Positions 22,294 to 31,038 of a DNA stretch of 64,000 nt are shown one piece after another. The notes under the pieces are model-generated. The model made no database searches and had not been told where the DNA came from. It worked only from the letters and a program-made list of their open reading frames with translations. Location of the stretch: NCBI GenBank assembly GCA_965242965.1, contig OZ251518.1:5376001-5440000 (forward strand), in the 5' to 3' direction. Within the stretch, counting starts at the first letter, position 1, and every line of letters starts with the position of its first letter. The position numbers were made by a program, and so were the translations under genes. Source of the stretch: Candidatus Poribacteria bacterium. GTDB lineage: Bacteria > Poribacteria > WGA-4E > WGA-3G.

Positions 22294-23706
22294 TCATTCC
22301 GGCACGTTCACCCAATCCAGCGCGTCCGGATTCCACTCAAACTGTTGCAGCGGACCGAATTTGAGGTTAACTGTCAAACTCTTCGGCGTTGGGGAACTGT
22401 CAAATAGGTTGAAATCTCGGACGACAACGTAGGTATGCTGCCCATCGGAAATGGCTTGGCACGCCGCGATGAAGTCGTCTAAATTGCGAATCTGCTTGCC
22501 GTTGATATTGAGGATGACGACTTTAGAGTTGCCGTTCCGTTCCTGCAAACCGACGCGGGAGAAACTGCTCCCGGCGACAGCGTGCGGCAAATAGACACCG
22601 TCTGCCTCAAGGTAGAGCATCCGCCGCAGTTGCGGCGTAATATCGTGGAAAACCGCACCGCCGAACCTGACGAACCGGCGAACCTTCTTTAATTCCAGGT
22701 CTTCGACAGGCACGTCAAGGCGGAGGTTCTCGCCGTTCCGATAAATGTCCAAACTGACATTTTTGCCTACGTGCTGATTCAGCACAGCGTCAAAGGTGTA
22801 GAGTTCATCCTTGATGAGTTGTTCGTTAATGCGATAGATAATGTCCGAGGCGCGAAGCATCGACTCGCCTGTTGTGCGCGGGACCATCGATTCAATCTGA
22901 ATCACTTTCGGCGTGCCGGCTTTAGAGGGGCCGATTTCCTTCCGCAGTGCTTCGGGGAAATTAAAGTGTTTAATCGCCTCGCCGATGGAAATAAGTTCCA
23001 GATCTACGCCGATTTCACCGCGCTGAATCGGCATCTCATTGCGAATTAATTCCAGCGCATCGGTGAGATAATCGACAGGCAATTCAAAACTGGAGGTATC
23101 CGTGCCGCGCGCATGAATGGCGATAACCTCACCCGCCGTATTCCACACAGGACTGCCGCTGGAGCCGCCCGTTCTGTCAAACGTGGTGTGAATGTAACTG
23201 GAATGCCTGTCGCCTTTGTTGACGTTGAGGTTGGCTACCGTGCCGAATTTAATGGAATATTCTTCCTTATCGTTGTTGCCGATGAGCAGCAGTTCATCGC
23301 CGAGGGAGAGTTCATCCCACGCGCCGAGTTCGACGGCTTGGAGTTCAAAGTCAACTTCGGTAGGGTTGATTTGATAGAAGCCAAAGTCGTGGGTGGCATC
23401 GTAGTGGAGGATGCGCGCCTCGGTGAAGCTGCCATCGTGAAAGTTGATTTTGACGTAGGCGGGGCTACTGCCTGTCACATGCCGATTTGTCGCGATGATG
23501 CCGCGTGCCGCGTCAACGACGAATCCGGTTGCGAAACTGGTGCCTTTCGTCTCCGTTTCAAAGACGACTTCGGAGGAAGTTTCAACGTTCACTACCATCG
23601 GTTTAAAGGCGGCGATTTGCTCTGTCCAATTGTGTGCTGCGTGCGCGTAGGCAAACGGGAGGAGCAGCCACACGCACAGCGCGATAAGTCTCTGTCTGAA
23701 GTTCAT
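22294..23706 (-). CDS. Secreted S1C (HtrA/Nma111-like) serine protease with PDZ-like domains
   Basis: ATGFVVDAARGIIATNRHV, HDFG, GGSSGSPV triad motifs; signal peptide. Confidence 0.85.
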   Translation of the reverse strand: MNFRQRLIALCVWLLLPFAYAHAAHNWTEQIAAFKPMVVNVETSSEVVFETETKGTSFATGFVVDAARGIIATNRHVTGSSPAYVKINFHDGSFTEARILHYDATHDFGFYQINPTEVDFELQAVELGAWDELSLGDELLLIGNNDKEEYSIKFGTVANLNVNKGDRHSSYIHTTFDRTGGSSGSPVWNTAGEVIAIHARGTDTSSFELPVDYLTDALELIRNEMPIQRGEIGVDLELISIGEAIKHFNFPEALRKEIGPSKAGTPKVIQIESMVPRTTGESMLRASDIIYRINEQLIKDELYTFDAVLNQHVGKNVSLDIYRNGENLRLDVPVEDLELKKVRRFVRFGGAVFHDITPQLRRMLYLEADGVYLPHAVAGSSFSRVGLQERNGNSKVVILNINGKQIRNLDDFIAACQAISDGQHTYVVVRDFNLFDSSPTPKSLTVNLKFGPLQQFEWNPDALDWVNVPE

Positions 23707-23794
23707 TGTTATCCTTTCAAGTCCGTATTTTGATTTTTAATTGAATTTATCACGTAGAAGAGAATTTGTCAAGTTTTTTAGCGAGGAGTTTAAA

Positions 23795-24718
23795 ATGGCG
23801 ATTCATCATTTTCAACCGACACACTATCACACCGCAATCGGCGCGCACGAGCCGGTGCTACACATCCAGAGCGGCGATACCGTCTTCACGACGACGGTGG
23901 ACAACGCCGGCTACGATGCAACCGACACGCAGGTTACGCCGGGAGGCAACCCACAGACAGGGCCTTTCTATATTGAATCGGCAGAACCGGGGGATACATT
24001 AGCCGTTCATTTTGACAAGATTCTGCCGAATCGCGAGATTGGGAGGACTGCCACCGTCATCGCGCCGAATGTCCTTGACCCGGGATATGTCGCTTCCGAG
24101 ATGCCGGAAGGCGGCCGCGCGGAATGGCACGTTGACGTTGAGAAGTGGACAGCGACGTTGATGTCTCCGGAAACGCAGCTCGGTGAATTCACGCTGCCGC
24201 TTGAACCGATGGTAGGCTGTTTCGGGGTTGCACCGCCGCGTGGCCAGGCGATTTCAACAGCGACTTCCTCAACGCACGGTGGTAACATGGACTACCGCGG
24301 TTTTCAGGAAGGCGTAACGAGCTACTTTCCGATTTTTGTGCCGGGCGCGCTGTTTCACCTCGGCGATGGGCATGCGGTGCAAGGCGATGGCGAAATCGTC
24401 GGCACGGGGGTAGAAATCTCTTTTGACGTGCAGTTTACGGTGAACGTTATCAAAGGGAAGAGCATTGGGTGGCCGCGTGCGGAGAATGCTGACTATATCC
24501 TCGCGGCAGGCAATGCGCGGCCGTTGGCTCAGGCTGTTCAGCATGCGACGACGGAGTTGGTGCGCTGGCTCGGCGAGTTGGGTTTAGAGAAGCGTGCCGC
24601 GCATATCTTGTTGGGACAAGCGGTGCAGTATGATATGGGCAACGTCTTCGATCCGGCATATACGATGGTATGCAAGGTAAAGAAGTCGATTTTGCGGGAT
24701 GTGGGGGTTTGGGAGTAG
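23795..24718 (+). CDS. Acetamidase/formamidase family protein
   Basis: GAGGAG RBS; NPQTGPFYI..AEPGD, HGGNMD, LGDGHAVQGDGE..GTGVE. Confidence 0.9.
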   Translation: MAIHHFQPTHYHTAIGAHEPVLHIQSGDTVFTTTVDNAGYDATDTQVTPGGNPQTGPFYIESAEPGDTLAVHFDKILPNREIGRTATVIAPNVLDPGYVASEMPEGGRAEWHVDVEKWTATLMSPETQLGEFTLPLEPMVGCFGVAPPRGQAISTATSSTHGGNMDYRGFQEGVTSYFPIFVPGALFHLGDGHAVQGDGEIVGTGVEISFDVQFTVNVIKGKSIGWPRAENADYILAAGNARPLAQAVQHATTELVRWLGELGLEKRAAHILLGQAVQYDMGNVFDPAYTMVCKVKKSILRDVGVWE

Positions 24719-24719
24719 T

Positions 24720-24852
24720 GGGTGTGCGTCTTCCGAATGCTTGAAACTGCTGTGAATTCGACTGCAGGTTTACCTCGCCCTGGTTGCAGTGCAACCAGGG
24801 CTGCAAGGTGGAACATTTCCTGTAAGATTTCAATATCGTTCACGAGCCTCAC
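24720..24852 (-). pseudogene. Possible truncated partner gene of the AAA ATPase
   Basis: GTGA overlap with the ATPase stop; NDIEILQEM.. start runs directly into the convergent acetamidase gene. Confidence 0.3.
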
Positions 24853-26231
24853 TCTGCTCCCCAGACGATGTCTCCTTGGATGCGGTTCATGTCGTCAATT
24901 GTATCGTCAAAAGTGTCGACTTCAATGCCGAACCGCGGATGGATATCTGCAAGCACGAGCGTCTGTCCACGCTCCCGTTTTTGCTCGTCTCTGTTAATGC
25001 CAGCCAATGTGACTATTTCGTCATCAACCTCGAAAACGCTCCTGCCTTTTTCCTCTTCCTCCAAAGGCAGAAAAGCTTCTTTTGCCATGTAAACCTTGAC
25101 CTGGTAGGCTTTAATCAATTCATCGCGCCGATAGCCATTTTCATCGGCGATTCGCTTCAGGTGCGGCATATCATCGTGGTTGAGCATGATAAGCGTATTC
25201 AGTTCCTTGACGATGTAATCGCTGTGCGTGATGATGAAGACTTTCACACCGATATTTATCAGTCGCGCGAAAAGTCTGGCGATACGACGCTGGTTAATCG
25301 GATGGAGCCCGATTTCCGGGAGATCTATCATGAGCAGCTCGCCTTTTTGTGCGACACACCGCAGATAGAGACCGAGGTCTGCGGTGGAACGCACTGCACT
25401 TGAACTCTCAAGCATCGTCAACGAGTTCGTGCCTTTCAGTCTCAAGGAACGCATCCCATATTCCGTGATGTCGGCATTCCCACCGATAATGTCAGCGAAA
25501 TCTTCCAATACCTCAGGGTGCTCTTTAGCAATAAAACTTTGGCAAGATGCAATATCTTTGAAACCGTGTGCCCAGTCTATCTGATCCTTTATCGGCAAAG
25601 GACAATGACTGTAATCGACAGCCCGCAGTTGTTGGAAGACAGCAGCACTAGTCCGTTCGGCTGAGAGGATAAAGGGGTTAGGGAGAGCACTAGAAAAAAC
25701 CGCATCGCCGATATACGCACGCAGCGTTTCAGCAACAGAGTTGAGATTGCTATCCGCTTGTTTCCTGGACAAAGCGACTGTCAGTTCTTCACTTCCTTTT
25801 CTTTTGGAAAAAGTCCAGTGACAACCGCCTTCTTCGGATGCGATTATCTTGTTATAGGTTTTATCACACGCGCGGAGTGCCCCAGTCTCAAGACTAAATC
25901 TTGTGTTATGAAACCGAGTCTTCGGTGCTGCAAAGACAATGCCCAGCTGAGCGGTATAATTCTCGCATGCCGCCGCGAGTGTCTGAGTGTCTGAGTTGAC
26001 ATACTGTGCCAAATCAATCTTGAGGACACCGTCTGTCAATAACCTTTGGAGTTGCGCATCGCTAACAGGAACTTGGACAAACCTACGCCAATTCTGCAAG
26101 AACCCGTATAACGCGGTCATCGCGTCGGTTTTGCCCGTGCCGTTTTCGCCGCAGATAATCGTCAAATCGCCCAGCGAAAATTCGGCATGCTTTAAAATTC
26201 CAAGGTTTTTCACCCGTATTTTCAGGCTCAT
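24849..26231 (-). CDS. ABC-type AAA_15/AAA_21 ATPase with degenerate Walker B
   Basis: IICGENGTGKT Walker A, ESSSAVRS signature, LLMIDLPEIGLHP (DEPE expected), IITHSDY. Confidence 0.8.
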   Translation of the reverse strand: MSLKIRVKNLGILKHAEFSLGDLTIICGENGTGKTDAMTALYGFLQNWRRFVQVPVSDAQLQRLLTDGVLKIDLAQYVNSDTQTLAAACENYTAQLGIVFAAPKTRFHNTRFSLETGALRACDKTYNKIIASEEGGCHWTFSKRKGSEELTVALSRKQADSNLNSVAETLRAYIGDAVFSSALPNPFILSAERTSAAVFQQLRAVDYSHCPLPIKDQIDWAHGFKDIASCQSFIAKEHPEVLEDFADIIGGNADITEYGMRSLRLKGTNSLTMLESSSAVRSTADLGLYLRCVAQKGELLMIDLPEIGLHPINQRRIARLFARLINIGVKVFIITHSDYIVKELNTLIMLNHDDMPHLKRIADENGYRRDELIKAYQVKVYMAKEAFLPLEEEEKGRSVFEVDDEIVTLAGINRDEQKRERGQTLVLADIHPRFGIEVDTFDDTIDDMNRIQGDIVWGAE

Positions 26232-26498
26232 GCGGAAACCTCCCTAATTGGCATCGTTTCCAAACCTCCATGTCCAGAGAGGTTTGGCATAATCCGAGGC
26301 GTATTCGGAAAACGCGCCCCGGCTGCGTCTAATAAAACTTATCTTAAATGATACCCAATTTTATCAGAAGAGTCAAATTTATTTTTTCGCGAAAAGCGGC
26401 AAAGATAATCCCACGCCGCGCTTAACGCCGAATCGGCAAGGGAAGCGAGGGATTCGTGGCATCCTCGTATCGCGGGGGTCTGTCCCCCGCGAGGATGT

Positions 26499-27048
26499 TT
26501 AAGACCGCAGCAGCGAGGGATTCGCGGTGAGAATGGAGATGTCCTGCGTTCTGAAATCGCTGTCGTGCGTTATCAGCGTCAATCCGTTGCTTTTGCAGAG
26601 TTCGGTGATGACCTGGTCATTGAAGTCAGCGTTTCCATCTGCGTATTCAGCGAGCAAGATATCCATGTCCAATGTTGCAAATCCGCTTTCAATCCGTGAG
26701 CAGTGGTTCATAATCTATCTGCTTGACATCATTGACAATATCTTGGGCAATTGGTTTGAAATCGGGGCTGTTGCGAAAAGCTTTAAACGTCCTGCGAGGC
26801 GGCGGGCTAAGTTCCCATTCCAGTCTAGCGTATCTGTTGATAAATTCTGAAAGGACGAGAACATCAATGTAAATTCGACTCCCTGCTTTCAAAATGCGGT
26901 TAAGAACGGGCGTGTAGGTGCGCCGCCAATAACCGCGCTGTTTTTGAGGGCCATGCAGGTACATCCAGATATTGGCATCCAGAAGTAGCCGGTCTTGGAC
27001 GGTAAAGTTGTGGTTCTCCACCGCCCTGGTTTTATGGTTCATCGTCAT
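26499..27048 (-). pseudogene. PIN-domain nuclease split by a 4-bp duplication
   Basis: LLLDANIW..SEFINR in ORF 26689..27048 and DFND..LITHDSDF in ORF 26499..26711; removing one ATCT of ATCTATCT (26713-26720) fuses them as KQIMNHCS. Confidence 0.8.
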
Positions 27049-27400
27049 CTTCTCCCATTACCTCGCGATACGCTTCTTCAAATCGCTGCGGGTCTGCAAA
27101 GTAACGTTTGGCGTTGGCAACCACCCGTTCCACCAGCGCAAGATCTTCTTGTTCCGCGTCCTCTACCTTCAACAGCGAACGAATTTGGTTTTCGCCGAAT
27201 GTCCCATACAACTGGCCAATTGCGGCATCGAGGAAAGCCGAGGTCAGTGCTGTGACATTGTGAAATGATAGGGCGACACCCCGGTCTGCCGCCAGTGCGG
27301 CAGCAAGCCGGTCATAGATTTTCTGTCCATCGTCGGAAGCGACGCAGAAGGGACCGCCTACGACTTCATACATGGATATCTTCATATTTTCTTGCATCAT
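27032..27400 (-). CDS. STAS-like (DUF4325) protein
   Basis: TAAGGAG RBS; CVASDDGQKIY..LSFHNV..LTSAFLDAAIGQLY. Confidence 0.75.
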   Translation of the reverse strand: MMQENMKISMYEVVGGPFCVASDDGQKIYDRLAAALAADRGVALSFHNVTALTSAFLDAAIGQLYGTFGENQIRSLLKVEDAEQEDLALVERVVANAKRYFADPQRFEEAYREVMGEDDDEP

Positions 27401-27409
27401 TCTCTCCTT

Positions 27410-27627
27410 AGCTGCAGAGGTGCTTATACCGAACACCTCCACGCTTGTCATCGTACCTCCAGAATGGCCGGCCGATGTTGCAGATTTCGGCGGTTTTGCC
27501 GTTTTAGACGAGTTCAACCTCGCGCTTATCTTCAAACGGTAGGAAGCGATTTTTGTCGGGTAGCGGTTCGTCTGCATCGATGAAACGGAATAACCTCTTG
27601 CCGTTCTTGCTCGGTGAGTTGTGGCAC
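27410..27627 (-). pseudogene. Remnant of a Mod-like DNA methyltransferase (N-terminus, internally deleted)
   Basis: GAGG RBS, GTG; reads MPQLTEQERQEVI / RFIDADEPLPDKNRFLPFEDKREVELV*NGKTAEICNI with a frameshift and a stop at the expected Trp; resemblance from memory. Confidence 0.5.
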
Positions 27628-27658
27628 GGTGTTCCTCGTGTTTTCAGTGAGGTTGTGT

Positions 27659-28150
27659 TCACCGGTGTCGGGAGCGGGCAAATCTCCTGACTGAGAACGG
27701 CATTGTGAAATCTCTTCTACGGGTATCGGAAACGGACAGTCTTTTCTTCCGATTTGCTCTGTCGGTTTCAATAACTTGGACGACAGAGTCGCGAACCTTG
27801 ATGGGACCATTTTCCGCATCAAGGTTGTCCATAGTTCTCGCCGTTTTCTTTAATGTCTCATACTTCGTCACCCAGTTGGGTGGCATGAGAGATCTGGCAA
27901 CTGGACCAAGGTTCATTTGGTACGTTGATGCCACTGAAAATTTTTCTTGAGTGTAGATGACACGCACTCTGACTTTCGGCATCTCAAGCGAACCTAGTTT
28001 TTCGCCGGTATCGGGATCTGTGATGTCTTCACGGACTCCCATTACATCAAAGTGCATGCCGACGGTTACGCCCTCTGCAGTTCCGATATTTAGCGCGATT
28101 TCTCGCGGGCTAAGCACGCGCGCGACTTTGCCGCGAATCGGTTCTGTCAT
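27659..28150 (-). CDS. Hypothetical protein, FlgT-C-terminal-like beta domain
   Basis: GKVARV..IALNIG..GV.VGM.FDV..ITDPDTGEKLG; ATGA overlap with upstream gene. Confidence 0.5.
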   Translation of the reverse strand: MTEPIRGKVARVLSPREIALNIGTAEGVTVGMHFDVMGVREDITDPDTGEKLGSLEMPKVRVRVIYTQEKFSVASTYQMNLGPVARSLMPPNWVTKYETLKKTARTMDNLDAENGPIKVRDSVVQVIETDRANRKKRLSVSDTRRRDFTMPFSVRRFARSRHR

Positions 28151-28662
28151 TGTTTAGCCTCCGTTGTGTCATCATCTTGGGATTTTAGGTTTGGCCATTG
28201 AAGAATGTATCCCGGATTGTCTAGCCCATTCTCCGACCAATCCTCTGGCCAATCGTCCAGCACATCGTCAGGAAAAATATCCTTCCAATCCTCCATTGCG
28301 TCGTCCGCTGAAATTAACTGTCCAGCAACGATTTCTTCAAGCCTAGCTAACGGCACTTGGTAGTCTTCATGAACGTCGGGTTGCTGTGCAGACTCTATTA
28401 CCTCTGCTGCCCGAGAGAGACTGTCATAGAGAGAGTCAAGTCGCCGTAAAGCAGATCGGACGTGCGGCCTGATAATTTCTTTCGCTGCCTCACGTGCCGA
28501 TTGTCTCCCGAAAATGAAAGAGCCAGCGAGACCTGCTGCCAAGGAAATGAATTGCAAAAGGACGTTCTCCAAACTGCTCAAAGTTCTTACAGTTGCTGTG
28601 TACACGAGCATCGCGAATGCTCCAATAGAAATGCTAACAAGCAACCATGCTAATTTTTTCAT
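28147..28662 (-). CDS. Hypothetical two-TM membrane protein with acidic tail
   Basis: Two hydrophobic N-terminal helices, helical middle, D/E/W-rich end. Confidence 0.6.
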   Translation of the reverse strand: MKKLAWLLVSISIGAFAMLVYTATVRTLSSLENVLLQFISLAAGLAGSFIFGRQSAREAAKEIIRPHVRSALRRLDSLYDSLSRAAEVIESAQQPDVHEDYQVPLARLEEIVAGQLISADDAMEDWKDIFPDDVLDDWPEDWSENGLDNPGYILQWPNLKSQDDDTTEAKQ

Positions 28663-28669
28663 AATTTAT

Positions 28670-28698
28670 AGTATATCAAAAAATTATATGTTTGTCAA
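28670..28698 (-). promoter_or_regulatory. Sigma70 promoter, probably producing a leaderless mRNA
   Basis: TTGACA-17bp-TATACT ending 7 nt before the ATG at 28662; no SD. Confidence 0.65.
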
Positions 28699-28978
28699 GT
28701 CAAATTGTTAAACATACGCCACAAATCCCGCGAGCGCGTGTTGATAACGTGCTAAAGGCTCCAGATTCAGATGCACCTACTGCCCGCGAAACTTGTTCAG
28801 ACCCCGGTTGAAGATGATATAACGGAACTCCCGCGGTTTCCATCACCACACCCGGGCGAGGATAGGCGGCGAACAAACATAAGGAGACACGTCCTCTGCG
28901 CGCCTACCCAGACGATGATAGTCCTTGCCGGAAAACGAATGGGGTTTAGACAACGGAAATCAGCGTGTAAAGCACCGT

Positions 28979-29806
28979 TTATTTTTTGTTCATCTCTAAT
29001 CCCGCCATCGTCCGCAAATTCAGCAGCGGTGTCGTCACGCCGCCTGCAGCAGGAAGGACAACCCCTGTATCGTACAACTTCATCGCGGCGACGGTGGCAT
29101 GCGCGACATCTTCCGGCGTGCCGGGACGCACCATGAAGATATAGCCTTTCTCTGCCGCTTCCTCGTAATCGGGAACGCGGACGCGCGATAAATCGGTATC
29201 AATCACACCGGCAGCGATGCCGTTCACCTTAATGCCGTGTGCCGCCAAGCGGCCCGCATACGCACGCATGCTCATCTCTAAACCTGCTTTTGAGATGCAA
29301 TACGCTGTCCGATTGTCCGATGCCATCGTATCCGAAATGGAGAGCGTATAGATAATGCACCCGCAGACCTGGTTGGCTACCATGTAGTTCGCCACGCGCT
29401 GCGTCAGGAAGTGCGGGGCCTTGAGGTTCGTGTTGACAACCAGATCGAACTGGTTCGGCGTTTCCTCAAGAATGTCGGCGATGCGCGTGATGCCGGCGTT
29501 GTTGATAAGGATATCTACCTTCCCGAAGGCATCGAGCGCGGTGTCAAGCAGTTTTTGGTGCGCCTTTAAATCGCCGATGTCGGCTTGGATAATCACCGCT
29601 TTTCTGCCGAGTGCTTCAACGGCGTGTTGCACCTCTCTGGCGGCCTTCCGGTTTTGGTTGTAGTTAATCAGCACATCGGCACCTTGGCGCGCCAATTCAA
29701 TCGCAATGGCGCGCCCAATACCGCGACTAGCACCAGTGACGATGGCGGCTGTGTCGGTGAGTGAAACGTCTGTCGCGAAAAAACCGAGGGACGTGTCTGG
29801 ACGCAT
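28979..29806 (-). CDS. SDR family oxidoreductase
   Basis: VTGASRGIG, NNAG, YCISK. Confidence 0.92.
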   Translation of the reverse strand: MRPDTSLGFFATDVSLTDTAAIVTGASRGIGRAIAIELARQGADVLINYNQNRKAAREVQHAVEALGRKAVIIQADIGDLKAHQKLLDTALDAFGKVDILINNAGITRIADILEETPNQFDLVVNTNLKAPHFLTQRVANYMVANQVCGCIIYTLSISDTMASDNRTAYCISKAGLEMSMRAYAGRLAAHGIKVNGIAAGVIDTDLSRVRVPDYEEAAEKGYIFMVRPGTPEDVAHATVAAMKLYDTGVVLPAAGGVTTPLLNLRTMAGLEMNKK

Positions 29807-29832
29807 GGTGTTCCTCCTTTAGGGTTTCTCCT

Positions 29833-31038
29833 TTAATCTGAGTATGGATCGGCGGCATCGCGCAGGGCATCCCCTAAAAAGTTGAAGGCGATAACTACAA
29901 CGAGGACCGGCACTGCCGGAAAAATCAGCCACGGATAGTGGAGCAAGACGGTGACGCGCTGTGCCTCTTCCAATAGCACTCCCCAACTCGTCATCGGTGG
30001 CCGGATGCCTAAGCCGAGGAAACTGAGCGAAGTCTCTCCCAAAATCATACCGGGGATGGCGAGGGTAGCGATGACGATGATATGGCTATAACACCCCGGC
30101 AGTAAGTGTTTAGTGATGATGTGCCAATGTCCGGCACCGGCGGCGCGTGCCGCCATCACGAAATCGCTCTCCCGATACGCAAGCACCTTGCCGCGCACCT
30201 GCCTCGCCAATCCACCCCAGCCGATAATCGACAAAATAATCGTGATACCGAAGTAAATCTGGATGCTGCTCCAGCCGGGAGGTAAAGCCGCACCGAGTGC
30301 CATCCACAGCGGAATATTCGGAAACGCCGAGAGGATTTCAATGATGCGCTGGATGAGGTTATCTACCCACCCGCCCCAATAGCCGGAAATCGTGCCGAGG
30401 ATGGAGCCGAAGACGATACTCAAAAATACGCCGACTAAGCCGAGTGTCATTGAGACGCGCCCACCGTAGATCATCCGAGAAAGCAGGTCGCGTCCCATCC
30501 GGTCCGTGCCGAACAGGAACATCGGGCCCTCGGAACTAAACAGATGCCGCCGCCCCTTCGCATCCTTGAAAAAGAGCGTGACAGGATGCCGTTGCTCCAC
30601 ATCTCGCGTAAATTCCAACTCAAGACTTTCCGGATTGCGAACCGACTTGAGTCCGTAGACATACAGCCCTTCGCTGGGCGAAAAGTGCAGGCGTTGCGGC
30701 GGCACATGACGCAGCCGCATGTTAATCTCGTTATAGTGATACGGCGCGAAGAAATCGGCACCGAGCGCGACGATGTAAAAGAGGAGCAGCACCCCACCCG
30801 CGATGAGCCCCATCCGATTCTTGCGAAATCGCTGCCAGATGAGTTGACGATAACTCAAGTGTCCTAATGCTGAAGAGCCCTCGGCATCTTCCGGTGAGCC
30901 CGGGTCATTATCGTAGCGCGGGGGCCTGTCCCCCGCGTTTCCCCTGTCTGCTGGCCCGGTGTTATCGTAGTGCGGGGGCCTGTCCCCCGCGTTTTTCCGG
31001 CCTGCTGTCTCATGAGCGTTTGAATTATCGTTATTCAT
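29833..31038 (-). CDS. Peptide/nickel ABC permease (OppC/DppC-like) with REP-derived N-terminal repeats
   Basis: FGTDRMGRDLLSR, FVMAARAAGA, ETSLSFLGLG..PPMTSWG, FNFLGDALRDAADP; NAGDRPP(H/R)YDN twice. Confidence 0.92.
   Translation of the reverse strand: MNNDNSNAHETAGRKNAGDRPPHYDNTGPADRGNAGDRPPRYDNDPGSPEDAEGSSALGHLSYRQLIWQRFRKNRMGLIAGGVLLLFYIVALGADFFAPYHYNEINMRLRHVPPQRLHFSPSEGLYVYGLKSVRNPESLELEFTRDVEQRHPVTLFFKDAKGRRHLFSSEGPMFLFGTDRMGRDLLSRMIYGGRVSMTLGLVGVFLSIVFGSILGTISGYWGGWVDNLIQRIIEILSAFPNIPLWMALGAALPPGWSSIQIYFGITIILSIIGWGGLARQVRGKVLAYRESDFVMAARAAGAGHWHIITKHLLPGCYSHIIVIATLAIPGMILGETSLSFLGLGIRPPMTSWGVLLEEAQRVTVLLHYPWLIFPAVPVLVVVIAFNFLGDALRDAADPYSD

Noticed and set aside
24720-28700. Integron cassette array or prophage
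   Set aside because: No attC-like sites, integrase or phage structural genes seen.
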